64,000 nt of DNA from Candidatus Latescibacterota bacterium. GTDB taxonomy: Bacteria > Latescibacterota > UBA2968 > GCA-2709665. Below, piece after piece: positions 1-10,632 of the stretch; positions within the stretch are counted from its first letter, which is position 1; the number at the start of each line of letters is the position of its first letter. The translations under genes were made by a program, and so were the position numbers. The stretch lies in assembly GCA_963667175.2 (NCBI GenBank), contig CAXXXF010000012.1, positions 240,257 through 304,256 of the forward strand. Direction: 5' to 3'. The notes below the pieces were generated by a model that had not been told where the DNA came from, did not search any database, and saw only the letters and a program-made list of their open reading frames with translations.

Positions 1-448
1 CGGCGTCGAAGTCCGGCAGTACGGTCGCGTCCTCCGAGACCTCCGCGTACCGGACGATCCCTTCCTTGTCTACGACGAACGCCGCTCGTTTTGCGACACC
101 CCTGAAACCCAGAAGATCCTGATATTGGGCTCCGTAGGCGGCGCTCACTTCCTTATTGAAATCACTCAGCAACGGGATGGATATGTTGTTCTGATCCGCC
201 CAGGCCTCCTGAGCGAAGGGACTGTCCACGCTGATGGCCAGCACCTGCGCGTTCAGATTGTCATATTCCGAAAGACCTCCGCTCACCGAACACATTTCGT
301 CGGTGCAGACCGACGTATACGCCAGAGGAAAAAAAAGCAACACGACGTTTCTGTTTCCCCTGAAACTGCTCAATGCAACGTCCTCCAGGTCGCCGCGTTT
401 GCTCGTCAGCGTGAAGTCGGGCGCCTGATCGCCTACATTTATCCCCAT
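1..448 (-). CDS. Peroxiredoxin (AhpC/TSA, AhpE-like); runs off the window edge
   Basis: Translated by hand: MGINVGDQAPDFTL...LLFFPLAYTSVCTDEMC (PxxxTxxC peroxidatic motif)...ISVDSPF...LLSDFN...KRAAFVVDKEG. Confidence 0.9.
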   Translation of the reverse strand, partial: MGINVGDQAPDFTLTSKRGDLEDVALSSFRGNRNVVLLFFPLAYTSVCTDEMCSVSGGLSEYDNLNAQVLAISVDSPFAQEAWADQNNISIPLLSDFNKEVSAAYGAQYQDLLGFRGVAKRAAFVVDKEGIVRYAEVSEDATVLPDFDA

Positions 449-533
449 GGTGATGATCCTTTCGTGTGTTTCCGGAATACCGGCCGCACATTCACACTGA
501 CTGCACGACCGTCAACACTGTTCCGCCGTGTGG

Positions 534-1148
534 TTACGCGGCTGCTTCCGCGAATCGGGCCGCCACCGCGTCCCAGTCAATCACGTTTCCCCAGGCCTCG
601 ATATAATCGGGGCGCCGGTTCTGATAATTCAGATAATAGGCGTGCTCCCAGACGTCCAGTCCGAGGATAGGCGTACCGTCGCCCGTCATCAGCGGGCTGT
701 CCTGATTCGGGGTGCTGAGAATTTCCAGCTTGCCGTCCTTCACGACCACCCAGGCCCATCCGCTGCCGAAGCGGGTGGTTGCCGCCTGGACGAACTCGTC
801 ACGAGCCGCGTCCAGGCTGCCGAACGCGGCGTTGATGGCGTCGGCCAGGTCTCCGGAGGGGTCTCCGCCTCCACCGGGCGACATGATCGTCCAGAACAGA
901 CTGTGATTGGCATGGCCGCCGCCGTTGTTCCGAACCGCCGTGCGAATCCCCTCGGGAACACCATCCAGATTGCTGATCAGATCTTCCACGCTCCGGGCGG
1001 CAAGGTCGTCGTGCCCCTCGAGTGCGTTGTTCAGGTTGGTGACGTAGGTGTTATGGTGCCTGCCGTGGTGAATCTCCATGGTGCGGGCGTCTATATGGGG
1101 CTCCAGAGCATCGTGACCGTACGGCAGATCGGGAAGTGAATGTGCCAT
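534..1148 (-). CDS. sodA: Mn/Fe superoxide dismutase
   Basis: [28 protein letters not shown] and DVWEHAYY motifs; AAGGAG RBS before ATG 1148. Confidence 0.95.
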   Translation of the reverse strand: MAHSLPDLPYGHDALEPHIDARTMEIHHGRHHNTYVTNLNNALEGHDDLAARSVEDLISNLDGVPEGIRTAVRNNGGGHANHSLFWTIMSPGGGGDPSGDLADAINAAFGSLDAARDEFVQAATTRFGSGWAWVVVKDGKLEILSTPNQDSPLMTGDGTPILGLDVWEHAYYLNYQNRRPDYIEAWGNVIDWDAVAARFAEAAA

Positions 1149-1301
1149 TGAGTACACTCCTTAAGATTGAATGAGGATGGTTGACTGAACCGGACGTAAC
1201 GATCAGATGTAAGAATATGACGAAATATAACGAAGTCCAGGCTTAGCGTCAAGCGATTTCCAGCCCCCCTCACATATAACAAAAATAACAAAAACTTACA
1301 C

Positions 1302-2183
1302 TTATCGTATTTCTTGAACCGCCCGTCCGTCGGTTTCCACGACGACGTTGTCGATAAGCCGGGATTGGCCGAAACGGACGGCCGCCGCCAGGAGGACCCT
1401 GCCTTCAATCGCTTCGAGCGGCCGGAAATCCCGGGCATCGACCGCGGCGATGTAATCGACCTCCGCGCCCGGTTTCCGGCGTACGCGGCGATCCATGGCG
1501 CCGATGACCGCGCACGCGCGTTTTTCGCCCGCCAGCACCAGGTCCCTCCCTTCCTGCAGGGCCCTGTAGATTACCGCGGCGTGCCGCCGATGCCGGGGTG
1601 AAAGGGTGCGGTTGCGTGAACTCTTCGCCAGTCCATCCGCCTCTCTCACCGTCGGCGCGGTCAGGATTTCCACGTCGAAGTCGAGGTCTCTCGTCAACCG
1701 GCGGACAACACCCGTCTGCTGGGCGTCTTTCTGTCCGAATACGGCCACGTGCGGCTTCACGGCCGAGAAGAGTTTGGTCACCACCGTGGCGACTCCCCTG
1801 AAATGACCGGGACGGGAAGCGCCGCACAGATGGTCCGCCAGTCGCTCCACCTCCAGGTAGGTCGCATAACCCCGCGGATACATCTCTTCCGGAGACGGCG
1901 AGAAGATCAGGTTGCCTCCCTCGTCGCGGACCATGGCCCGGTCGCGTTCGAAATCCCGAGGATACGTTTCGAAATCCTCATGCGGTCCGAACTGCGAAGG
2001 GTTGACAAAGACACTCACGACGGTACGGTCGGACGCACGCCCCGCCAGGCGTATCAGGCTCGAATGGCCAGCGTGCAGAGATCCCATGGTGGGTACCAGC
2101 CCGATCCGCAATCCCTCCCGGCGCATCCGGTCTGCAATTCGGTGCATTTCCCGCACATTTCGTATGACCCTGACCGTTCCCAT
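1302..2183 (-). CDS. panC: Pantoate--beta-alanine ligase
   Basis: VPTMGSLHAGH, FVNPSQF, RPGHFRGV, FGQKD, SSRN, RLIDN; start trimmed to MGTVRVI. Confidence 0.95.
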   Translation of the reverse strand: MGTVRVIRNVREMHRIADRMRREGLRIGLVPTMGSLHAGHSSLIRLAGRASDRTVVSVFVNPSQFGPHEDFETYPRDFERDRAMVRDEGGNLIFSPSPEEMYPRGYATYLEVERLADHLCGASRPGHFRGVATVVTKLFSAVKPHVAVFGQKDAQQTGVVRRLTRDLDFDVEILTAPTVREADGLAKSSRNRTLSPRHRRHAAVIYRALQEGRDLVLAGEKRACAVIGAMDRRVRRKPGAEVDYIAAVDARDFRPLEAIEGRVLLAAAVRFGQSRLIDNVVVETDGRAVQEIR

Positions 2184-2272
2184 GGTTCGCCTGCCGCCTG
2201 TCTCCGGATAAGAGACAAGGGGCGGGAGATCCCCGCCCCACGGTGTTGTCGCCCGATTGTTCGACGTTGCGT

Positions 2273-3151
2273 TCAATCCTCCGCGAGGGCCTTGAACTTC
2301 CTCAATTCTTCGTTTCTGATCCGATATCGATGTTCTTCGGCTGGATACCGCTTCGCCTTTACATCCTTGACGTAGGCCGAAAACGCGTCGCAAATGGTGG
2401 TTCCCAACTCCGCGTAGCGTTTGGAATACCGAAATGAAAAGTCGTTGAGGCCCAGCAGGTCCGGCGCCACAAGCACCTGTCCGTCGCACCGTCGACCCGA
2501 TCCGATACCGATTGTGGGAATGCCCAGCGCCCGCGAAACAACCCCGGCCACCTGCTCGGGAACGCATTCGAGCACCACGGCAACGGCGCCCGCAGCCTCG
2601 AGCGCGAGCGCACCCGCAAGAACCAGTGCCGCTTCATCGGCGCGGTCTCCGTAGACATGCCGGCTACCCTTCCACGTCTGGGGCATATGGCCGACGTGGC
2701 CGACGGCCGGAATGCCTTCGGCGGTTATCGCCCCGATTCTTGCCGCCACTTCCTCCGCGCCTTCGAGCTTCACCATATCTGCCCCGGCGTGCGCCAGCAG
2801 CCGGGCATTTTCTACGGCATTGGAATCCGTTTCGTAGGACCGGTATGGCAGATCGGCCAACAATATTGCCTTCTGCACGCCACGCCGGACCGCGCGGGTA
2901 TGGTGGAGCATGTCCTCCATCGTAACCTGCTGCGGACTTTCGTACCCCAGGATATTTATCCCCACCGAATCGCCAACCAGGATGACATCCACGTCCGACG
3001 CATCCTGAAGGATGGCGGAGGGGAAATCGTAGCAGGTGAGCATGGCGATGGGTTCGCCCCGCCTCTTCATCTCCGTCAGAAAACCGGGTGCGGCACGCAA
3101 TTCTGCGTCGGGCGCTTCCTGAATTCCCTTGACTGTATCTGCATATTCCAT
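2273..3151 (-). CDS. panB: 3-methyl-2-oxobutanoate hydroxymethyltransferase
   Basis: MLTCYD, LVGDS, ADLP, VKLEG, IGIGSG..CDGQVLV; next to panC. Confidence 0.95.
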   Translation of the reverse strand: MEYADTVKGIQEAPDAELRAAPGFLTEMKRRGEPIAMLTCYDFPSAILQDASDVDVILVGDSVGINILGYESPQQVTMEDMLHHTRAVRRGVQKAILLADLPYRSYETDSNAVENARLLAHAGADMVKLEGAEEVAARIGAITAEGIPAVGHVGHMPQTWKGSRHVYGDRADEAALVLAGALALEAAGAVAVVLECVPEQVAGVVSRALGIPTIGIGSGRRCDGQVLVAPDLLGLNDFSFRYSKRYAELGTTICDAFSAYVKDVKAKRYPAEEHRYRIRNEELRKFKALAED

Positions 3152-3166
3152 AACGGGATTCCGCGA

Positions 3167-3829
3167 TCAGGCCTCATTGCGGGACGGACGATAGTAGCGG
3201 GTGCCGGCAGGTGGCGCCTTCACCTGCCGCAGCAGTTCCTCCAGACCCTCAGGATTCCGTACGAAGTCGACCTGCGACACATTGACGATGAGCAACGGCG
3301 AGTCGGTATAGTGAAAGAAAAAATGCGTGTACGCCTCCACGAGCCTTTCAAGGTAAGATTCCGTCATCAGCCGCTCGTAAGAGGGCGTCTGCCGGCGAAC
3401 TCGTTGAAGGAGGCTCTCGGTCGAATTGTGGAGGTATATGACCAGATCGGGCTTCGGCGCCTTTTCCTGGATCGTCTCGGCCACGCGTTCGTAGAGCGAA
3501 AGCTCGGCGTCGTTCAGGCAGACGTGGGCGTATATGTCGCTCCGTGCGAACAGGTAGTTGCTGACCACGGTGGATTCGAACAGATCCATCTGATGCAGGT
3601 CCTGCTGCTGCCTGTACCTGTGCAACATGAAAAAGACCTGCGTTTGAAACCCGTAGTGCTCCGGATTCTCGTAAAAAAGGGGCAGAAACGGATTTTCTTC
3701 AGCTTCTTCAAGGACCAGGCGCGCCTGCATCGACCTTCCGAGGAGCCGGGCAAGATCGGTCTTGCCCACGCAGGGGGGGCCTTCGATTGCGAGATATCGT
3801 ACCGCCACAGATGACGCCTTTACGTGCAA
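3167..3829 (-). CDS. Deoxynucleoside kinase
   Basis: IEGPPCVGKT P-loop, ENPFL, FQTQVFF, PDLVIYL; common folK-dNK-panB context. Confidence 0.9.
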   Translation of the reverse strand: MHVKASSVAVRYLAIEGPPCVGKTDLARLLGRSMQARLVLEEAEENPFLPLFYENPEHYGFQTQVFFMLHRYRQQQDLHQMDLFESTVVSNYLFARSDIYAHVCLNDAELSLYERVAETIQEKAPKPDLVIYLHNSTESLLQRVRRQTPSYERLMTESYLERLVEAYTHFFFHYTDSPLLIVNVSQVDFVRNPEGLEELLRQVKAPPAGTRYYRPSRNEA

Positions 3830-4332
3830 ACCGACAGCAGCGAAACCCCGTGCAGCTTTCTCACTTGCTGCGTCGGAACGATCGATTCGGCCAATTCCGA
3901 AAAGGTCTTGTTGAACACGGGATGGCGGCCGCGCGGCGCCAGCTCGCGCAGCGGAATCAGCACAAATGCCCGCTCGTGCAGCCTGGGATGGGGGATTTGC
4001 AGCTCCCGACCACGGATTATCTCATTCCCGTACAGGAGAACGTCCAGATCGAGGGACCGCGGGCCCCACCTCTGCTTCCGGACTCTCCCGAACCTCCTTT
4101 CGACCGCCAACAGACACGCAAGCAGCGCACTCGGTTCGAGATCCGTTTCCACCGCAAGCACCGCGTTCAGATACATCGGCTGCCCGGTGACACCGATCGG
4201 CGCGGTTTCATAAACCGGCGAGGCATTCCTGACGTCGAGTCCGTCGTGTTCGTGGAGCGTGGCCGCGGCCCGGCGCAATGCAGCCGTCCGGTCGTTCTGG
4301 TTCGCCCCCATACCGATGTAGGAGAGCGCCAT
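3820..4332 (-). CDS. folK: 6-hydroxymethyl-7,8-dihydropterin pyrophosphokinase
   Basis: YIGMGAN, YET.P, YLNAV, RWGPRSLDLDVL, IPHPRLHERAFVL. Confidence 0.95.
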   Translation of the reverse strand: MALSYIGMGANQNDRTAALRRAAATLHEHDGLDVRNASPVYETAPIGVTGQPMYLNAVLAVETDLEPSALLACLLAVERRFGRVRKQRWGPRSLDLDVLLYGNEIIRGRELQIPHPRLHERAFVLIPLRELAPRGRHPVFNKTFSELAESIVPTQQVRKLHGVSLLSVCT

Positions 4333-4335
4333 GGG

Positions 4336-4692
4336 TCATCCTCGCTCCACTTCGGCCTCAACGCCGTCGAACATCGCCTGGATGGGCGGATTGGGTTTGC
4401 GAACCCTCACGCGCAGTCGCTCAATTTGGTGACTCGACTGCAGAGCCTCCGCGATGCGGTCTGCGAGCGCTTCCACCAGACCGAATCGTTCTTCGGTGAC
4501 GACCGACTTCGTCGTTTCATAAACCCGTGAATAGTCGACGGCGGTGGCGCCGCCGCCGCGGGCATAGCCCCGGAAGTCCGAAAAGATTTCCACGTCCACT
4601 TCGAACCACTGCCCCAGCTTCGCCTCCTCGGGAAACAGCCCATGGTAGGCATAAAACCTCATGTTTCTCAGGCGCAACACGTCGTTTCCCAT
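4336..4692 (-). CDS. folB: Dihydroneopterin aldolase
   Basis: FYAYHGLFPEEAKLGQWFEVDV, VDYS, LVEALA, RVRKP; start trimmed to MGNDVL. Confidence 0.93.
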   Translation of the reverse strand: MGNDVLRLRNMRFYAYHGLFPEEAKLGQWFEVDVEIFSDFRGYARGGGATAVDYSRVYETTKSVVTEERFGLVEALADRIAEALQSSHQIERLRVRVRKPNPPIQAMFDGVEAEVERG

Positions 4693-4953
4693 TGCCAGTT
4701 TCAGCCACCTCCAGCCGACGTCGGAACCCTTGACTGCGCCGTGTTGTCCGGCCCGCGACGCGGGGGACGCCCGACGCCCTGCCCTTCGTTCGTTTATCAA
4801 TATAAATGAACAAATGTGCAGAGTCAACAAACCTCTCGACTCAGGCGCCGGTGGACCTCGCCTGCAACCGCGTGCTCCTGAGACAAAAAGCCCTTGACAA
4901 CGCCGATTTTCGCCGTTATTGTACGACGATGCGCTGTATCCGGGTCGACCCGT

Positions 4954-6015
4954 CTATCGCCGTACAAACGGCAGTTCGACGACCTCGGCGCGGCCTCCGC
5001 CGTCTACGGACAGCATCCGGCCGGGCCGTTCGAATCCCCGACGGACGGAGGCCAGCGAAATCACCCGCCGCAGGGCCGGGGAGTCCAGGCCGCTTGTTAT
5101 CCATCCGACCTGTCTTTCGCCGTCTCGAAGCGGTGTTTCAGCCGGCGGAACGGTTTCCGTGTCCACAAGGAGGCCAACCAGATACCGCCTGGGCTTGCCC
5201 AGATTGTGCATTTTGGCGATCGTTTCCTGTCCGATAAAACATCCTTTGGCGAAATCGACGGCGTGATGGAGGCCCGCTTCCAGCGGCACGACCCGCTCGT
5301 CCACGTCCACTCCGTAGCGCGGAATGCCGGATTCTATACGCATTGCTTCCAGTGCCCGGACACCCACGGGGCGCGCGCCGGCGGAAGCCAACGCGCTCCA
5401 GAGGCGGCGGGCCGGGACCGCCTCTGTCCGGAGATCGTAGCCGGGCTCTCCGGTATAGGCGCGCGCGGTCACGGACACATCCGCGCCTTCCAGGGTCCGG
5501 AAAACGGTATGGCAATCCGCAAGATCGACGGGCGCCTCGCCCAGGACACGCGCGATCAAGGCGCGGGAGCGCGGCCCGTGTACGCCCAACGTGGCCTGTG
5601 CCCCGGTTACGTCCTTGATGTCGACGTCGTCCGCGACCAGGTATTTGTCCAGGGACGCCATCAGTTTTTCCTGCAATCCCGGCTCTGTCTCAAGCAGGAA
5701 CCCATCCGCTCGGTGATACACCCATACGTCCGTCAGGGTCTGTCCCCGTGGCGTGGTCATCGTCGCATAATTGCCGGCCCCGGATTCCAGCCCCTCGACC
5801 GTATTGCTCAGCATCCCGTGCAAAAACCGCGCGCGATCCGAGCCGGTAACCAGCAGGTTGCCCCGGTTGCTCCGATCGACCAGACCCGCGGCCTCTCGAA
5901 CAGAAGCGTATTCGGACGCGGGATCGCCGTAATGCGCAGCCGCCTCCATGCCGTCGATTGGTTCAAATACCGCGCCAGCCGCCAGTTTGGCTTCCCGCAA
6001 CGATGGAACAGTCAT
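4954..6015 (-). CDS. GcvT-like folate-binding aminomethyltransferase (YgfZ/CAF17 type)
   Basis: KGCFIGQE YgfZ motif, RIESGIPRYG; GGAGG RBS before ATG 6015. Confidence 0.88.
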   Translation of the reverse strand: MTVPSLREAKLAAGAVFEPIDGMEAAAHYGDPASEYASVREAAGLVDRSNRGNLLVTGSDRARFLHGMLSNTVEGLESGAGNYATMTTPRGQTLTDVWVYHRADGFLLETEPGLQEKLMASLDKYLVADDVDIKDVTGAQATLGVHGPRSRALIARVLGEAPVDLADCHTVFRTLEGADVSVTARAYTGEPGYDLRTEAVPARRLWSALASAGARPVGVRALEAMRIESGIPRYGVDVDERVVPLEAGLHHAVDFAKGCFIGQETIAKMHNLGKPRRYLVGLLVDTETVPPAETPLRDGERQVGWITSGLDSPALRRVISLASVRRGFERPGRMLSVDGGGRAEVVELPFVRR

Positions 6016-6164
6016 TGAGCGACCTCCCGAATGAACGCCGAACACACACTGTTACGACCTGCTGAAACTTATTTTGAACCCCAGGGCGTGTCAAGCAAAA
6101 CCGGGGTGGCGACGCGGATTCCGGACAACCCTCCGAATCCCCGACTGCGCGCCGCGTATCCGAC

Positions 6165-6731
6165 ATGAAACGCTTTCTGCCAACGGTCCTTCTGGCGCTC
6201 ATCGCGTGCGGCGGCGGCCTGGGTCCGGGGCCGCCCGACGGTACGGGCATCAAGGGAACCCTCATATTCAACGGCGAGTGGCCGCCGGAAACCGACGACG
6301 TCGCCGTGGCGGTCTATCGCCGTCGCCCGCAAACCCTGGCCGAATTCTTCAACATTGCGGGCTGGGACACCACCGTGACGATCGGGGCGGTCCGGTACGA
6401 GTATTTCGTCCCCCTGGAAGAGCCGGGCGCCTATGAGTGGATTGTGGTGGCCTGGCGGCCCCGGGGCGGCTTCTGGAACTTCGAATCGCTGCTTGGCTGT
6501 TACCACGTTGGGAACGACACCCTGCCCACACCGGTGACGGTTCGCACAGGTGAAACCACGAAAAATGTCGACATTCAAACCTATTTCGACCTCGTGCAGG
6601 GCGCCGACCGGCCGGATCGGCACATTTGCACTGGTTTTCTGCCTCCTCTGCCCTCTCTTTCAGGGCTCAACGCTGCGGGCGGAAACCTCCGGCGCGATGT
6701 CGGGACGAACAATCGACAAGGCGACCGGTGA
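6165..6731 (+). CDS. Hypothetical lipoprotein
   Basis: MKRFLPTVLLALIAC lipobox signal followed by a beta-rich domain; upstream of the TonB receptor. Confidence 0.7.
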   Translation: MKRFLPTVLLALIACGGGLGPGPPDGTGIKGTLIFNGEWPPETDDVAVAVYRRRPQTLAEFFNIAGWDTTVTIGAVRYEYFVPLEEPGAYEWIVVAWRPRGGFWNFESLLGCYHVGNDTLPTPVTVRTGETTKNVDIQTYFDLVQGADRPDRHICTGFLPPLPSLSGLNAAGGNLRRDVGTNNRQGDR

Positions 6732-8778
6732 ACCGCTACCCGGCGCCAGCGTCGTATTGCTGGGTACCGGCATCGGAACCGAATCCGACGTCGAAGGAGA
6801 ATTCAGCCTGACCGGTTTGCCGCCGGGCGTCTATACCGTCTCCGTCTCCCTGCTGGGTTTCGCGCCTCATGTGTCGAAAGACGTTGAGGTTGCCGCGAAC
6901 GATACCCTCCGGCTGTCCGTTGGACTCTCGTCGACGCCCATCCACATGCCAGCGATTGTGGTTTCCGCCAGCAAGCGCGCGCGAAACGTCGTCGACGCGC
7001 CAACAAGCGTCTCGCTCATCGGCTCTGAGGAAATCCAGTCCGACAATTCCGTCACCCTGAACGAATCCCTGGAATACGTGCCTGGCGTGAATATGGTGGG
7101 AGGCCAGGTCAACATCCGGGGGTCAAGCGGATATTCCAGGGGAACGGGAAGCCGCGTGCTGATGCTGATCGACGGCTTTCCGGCGCTGTCCGCGGACAAC
7201 GGCGACGTCAAGTGGGACGCGATACCCATCGACCAGATCGCACGCGTGGAAGTCATCAAGGGCGCCGGATCCGCGCTTTACGGCACCGGAGCGCTTGGCG
7301 GCATCATCAATGTCATTACCCGGAATCCGTCGACCGATCCGGAGACGCACGTCCGGTTCCTGGGCGGTCGATACAGCGAACCCGTGCATCAGGAGTGGCG
7401 ATGGTCGTCGAGCGGGCGGTACTTCCAAGGAACGGATATCAGCCATTCCCGGCAGTCAGGCAATACCGGGTTCATTCTGGGGGCCGGACAAAAATGGACG
7501 AACGGGTTCAGAGAAAATGCATGGCACCGGAGATACAAACTCTTCGCCAAACTCAGACATCGATTCAAGGCCGCGGCAACGATAACCGCGACATCCAACT
7601 GGGCCCTGGACGATCACGGTGCGTTCGTCCTGTGGAAAGACCGAAACGAGCCCCTGGAAGTGCCCGACAGCGCCAAGAACGACAAGACCGTATCCCAGAA
7701 GCTGAACCTGAACGTCGATTTCTATCACCTGCTCAATCCGCAGACGGGTTATCGTCTCAAGTCATTTGTGTATCGCACGGAATTCGACAACGAAATCGGC
7801 AGTCGGACCTCGTCGGAAGCCTACAAGATCGGGCAGGAACTCCAGCTGGACCTCCAGCCAACCGGGAAGGTGGCGCTTACCGTCGGAGCTCAGTGGATTC
7901 GCGACGTTGTGAATTCTTCGGATCACCTCTTTGGCAATCACACCGGGCTCAACCTTGCCGCCTATGCCCAGGCCGAAATCGAAGCCACGGATCGGATGAC
8001 GCTGTCCGGCGGCAGCCGCTACGATCGGTACCGCACCGACGACCGCGCCGCCGAGAACCGCCTCAGTCCCAAGCTGGGTTTCTCGTATCGCCCCTCCAGG
8101 CGAACCACGTTGCGCGCGACCCTGGGGTGGGGCTTCAGAGGCCCTGTGATCGCTGAAATCTACACCAATGCCACCTTCTCCGCGATTCCCATCGTTCCCA
8201 ATACCGGACTTGTGGCGGAAAGAAGCATCTCCACGGAAATCGCCCTGGATCACCGGCCGACGTCGTGGTCACACGTAAACGCCGCGGCGTTCTGGAGTCG
8301 ATATCAGGATCTCGTCGAAGCCCGTCCGGACGCAACCGGGCGGGTCAGTTTCAGGAACGTCGCCATGGGCCGGACGGCAGGTATCGAGACGAGTCTGGCG
8401 GCCGCGCTGGGTCCGGTTCGTCTTGAAGGGAACTATACCTTTATCAGCGCGATCGAGAATCTGCCCGGCGGCGACCTGCCGCTGCCCTATCGCCCCAGGC
8501 ACATTGCCGCGGCCGGTGCACGGGCCACGTCGGGCCGCCTGACGCTTGAAGGCCGTTTCAGGTTCAGAAGCCGGATCCTGCGCGCATCCGGACTCCTGCC
8601 GGAAGGGAACCGCGATCTGATTCCGGTCTACCTGATCGACCTCTCAACAGCGTACGCCATCGGCAAAGTCCAGGTGGTTCTGAAGGCGCATAACGCCCTG
8701 GCGTACAACTACGCCGTTGTGGAACGCAATCTGGGGTCGCCCAGACGTATCTCTCTCGGCATTAACGCACGGTACTGA
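6550..8778 (+). CDS. TonB-dependent receptor with N-terminal carboxypeptidase-regulatory-like domain (start uncertain, 6550-6600)
   Basis: TGEPLPGASV domain, plug motifs NIRG and RVEVIKGAGSALYGTGALGGIINVIT, barrel ending in aromatic residue (ARY). Confidence 0.92.
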   Translation: MKPRKMSTFKPISTSCRAPTGRIGTFALVFCLLCPLFQGSTLRAETSGAMSGRTIDKATGEPLPGASVVLLGTGIGTESDVEGEFSLTGLPPGVYTVSVSLLGFAPHVSKDVEVAANDTLRLSVGLSSTPIHMPAIVVSASKRARNVVDAPTSVSLIGSEEIQSDNSVTLNESLEYVPGVNMVGGQVNIRGSSGYSRGTGSRVLMLIDGFPALSADNGDVKWDAIPIDQIARVEVIKGAGSALYGTGALGGIINVITRNPSTDPETHVRFLGGRYSEPVHQEWRWSSSGRYFQGTDISHSRQSGNTGFILGAGQKWTNGFRENAWHRRYKLFAKLRHRFKAAATITATSNWALDDHGAFVLWKDRNEPLEVPDSAKNDKTVSQKLNLNVDFYHLLNPQTGYRLKSFVYRTEFDNEIGSRTSSEAYKIGQELQLDLQPTGKVALTVGAQWIRDVVNSSDHLFGNHTGLNLAAYAQAEIEATDRMTLSGGSRYDRYRTDDRAAENRLSPKLGFSYRPSRRTTLRATLGWGFRGPVIAEIYTNATFSAIPIVPNTGLVAERSISTEIALDHRPTSWSHVNAAAFWSRYQDLVEARPDATGRVSFRNVAMGRTAGIETSLAAALGPVRLEGNYTFISAIENLPGGDLPLPYRPRHIAAAGARATSGRLTLEGRFRFRSRILRASGLLPEGNRDLIPVYLIDLSTAYAIGKVQVVLKAHNALAYNYAVVERNLGSPRRISLGINARY

Positions 8779-8798
8779 ACCAGTTAAGGAGAATTCAC

Positions 8799-9767
8799 AT
8801 GAAGGCGATCCAGGTTTCCCGCACCGGCGGACCCGAGGTCCTGCGCTACATCGACGTCCCCAGTCCGGAACCCGCCTCCGGCGAGGTCCTGGTCAGAATC
8901 GACGCCATCGGTCTGAATTACATAGATACCTACCACCGCACGGGCCTCTATCCGCTCGATCTGCCCTTCATCCCCGGACTCGAAGCGGCGGGTACGGTGG
9001 AGGCTCTGGGTCCGGATGCCACCGAGTTCCGGCAGGGTGATCTCGTGGCCTACGCCGGAGTTCCCGCCTCCTATGCCCAGTACGTCGCCGCGCCGCAGGA
9101 GAGGCTCGTCAGACTTCCCGATGGGATGGACGCCCCCGCCGGCGCGGCCGCCATGCTCCAGGGGATGACGTCCCACTATCTCGTTCACAGTACCTGCAAC
9201 GTCCTGGATGGCGACACCGTACTTATCCACGCGGCCGCGGGGGGCGTGGGTCTCATTCTGGTACAGATGGCGAAAATGCGGGGCGCACGCGTCATCGGGA
9301 CGGTGTCAACGGAAGAAAAGGCGCAGCTGGCGCGGGGCGCCGGCGCAGATGAAGTCATAAGATACACCGAACAGGATTTCGAAGCCGAAGTCAAACGGCT
9401 CACGGACGGCCGGGGCGTGCACGTCGTATACGACTCTGTGGGGAAAACCACGTGGGAAAAGAGCATGAACTGCCTGTGCCCCAGGGGCTACCTCGTGCTG
9501 TTCGGCAATGCCAGCGGCCCGGTGCCGCCGGTCGATCCGCTGCTGCTCAGCCGTCTCGGCTCAATCTTCCTGACGCGCCCCACCCTTGTCGACTATACTG
9601 CGACCCGGGAGGAACTGCAACTTCGCGCCGGCGAGGTGCTGGGCTGGCTGCAGTCCGGCAGGCTCAGACTCCGCGTCGACCGTACGCTTCCGCTGTCGCA
9701 GGCCTCGGAAGCCCATCGACTCCTGGAAGGCAGACAGACAACGGGCAAAGTGCTCTTGACCCCGTAG
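8799..9767 (+). CDS. qor: NADPH:quinone oxidoreductase (zeta-crystallin/MDR)
   Basis: GGPEVL, GLNYIDTYHRTGLYP, HAAAGGVG, YDSVG, TTGKVLL. Confidence 0.92.
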   Translation: MKAIQVSRTGGPEVLRYIDVPSPEPASGEVLVRIDAIGLNYIDTYHRTGLYPLDLPFIPGLEAAGTVEALGPDATEFRQGDLVAYAGVPASYAQYVAAPQERLVRLPDGMDAPAGAAAMLQGMTSHYLVHSTCNVLDGDTVLIHAAAGGVGLILVQMAKMRGARVIGTVSTEEKAQLARGAGADEVIRYTEQDFEAEVKRLTDGRGVHVVYDSVGKTTWEKSMNCLCPRGYLVLFGNASGPVPPVDPLLLSRLGSIFLTRPTLVDYTATREELQLRAGEVLGWLQSGRLRLRVDRTLPLSQASEAHRLLEGRQTTGKVLLTP

Positions 9768-9872
9768 GAAACAGAGAAATACCGGGCGAACCGATCGTTC
9801 GTCCCGTTTTCCGTGTGCCACCGGGCGGCGCGCGTGAAAGCCGCTCGGCGCGATTGCACGCGGCGGTTCACC

Positions 9873-10622
9873 TCAGATGCGGATATCCCGCATGACGCCC
9901 CGGATATCCATCTCGAACTCGATCTCGATGACCGGTGGCCGCGCCCGGTACAGCCGGAAGCCATGGCGCTGCGCCCCTCCGACGCAGGGCAGCACGACCT
10001 CGTCCAGAATGCCCTCCAGAGGGTGAGCCGTGTAGACGTCCACCGTGGTCACCCGGTCCCAGTCCGCGCCCAGGCCCGCCAGCCGATCCGCCATCACCCG
10101 CGCCACGTACGCCGCTTTTTCCCGCAGTGCGCCGGAGCCTGTCTCACCCCGCCTCACAATGCCGCCGGCCGTCAGCACGCCGTCACGCAATTCACCGGCG
10201 CCCGCGATGACGAAGGTCCGGCTTTCCTGTTCACGACAGGGCACGGTATACGAGAATGCGTGCATCACCGTCTCACCCGGCGGATCGTGCACCGGTGCAA
10301 CGTTGGTTCGCGCAACCGGATTCAACCCCTCCACGCGCAGGTCCCAGGACGCCAGAAGGTCGCGATAGTCCGCGTTGAACCTGAGGAACCCCTTCATCGG
10401 ATGAGGTTCGGGACAGCGCAGTTCCACCCCGCAAAGCGCGTGCCGGCCCCGGCCCGAGGCGCGAAGATGCCTCTCCGCTTTCCGGAATCCCTCGCGCCAC
10501 GGTGGCGCGTCCATAAACGTCACGTGTACGATCTCGTACCCGGGCGCCGCAATAACGCCGCACGAATAGGGATCAATTCCTTTGAGGAATCGATATTGAC
10601 CTTTTTTATTCTCAAATAGCAT
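9873..10622 (-). CDS. RidA-like / CnbZ-family deaminase-like protein
   Basis: YRFLKGIDPYSCGV, ELRCPEP, NPVARTNVAP, FVIAGAGE, RPPV..IEFEMD resemble the CnbZ family (recalled). Confidence 0.7.
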   Translation of the reverse strand: MLFENKKGQYRFLKGIDPYSCGVIAAPGYEIVHVTFMDAPPWREGFRKAERHLRASGRGRHALCGVELRCPEPHPMKGFLRFNADYRDLLASWDLRVEGLNPVARTNVAPVHDPPGETVMHAFSYTVPCREQESRTFVIAGAGELRDGVLTAGGIVRRGETGSGALREKAAYVARVMADRLAGLGADWDRVTTVDVYTAHPLEGILDEVVLPCVGGAQRHGFRLYRARPPVIEIEFEMDIRGVMRDIRI

Positions 10623-10632
10623 AATAAGACGG

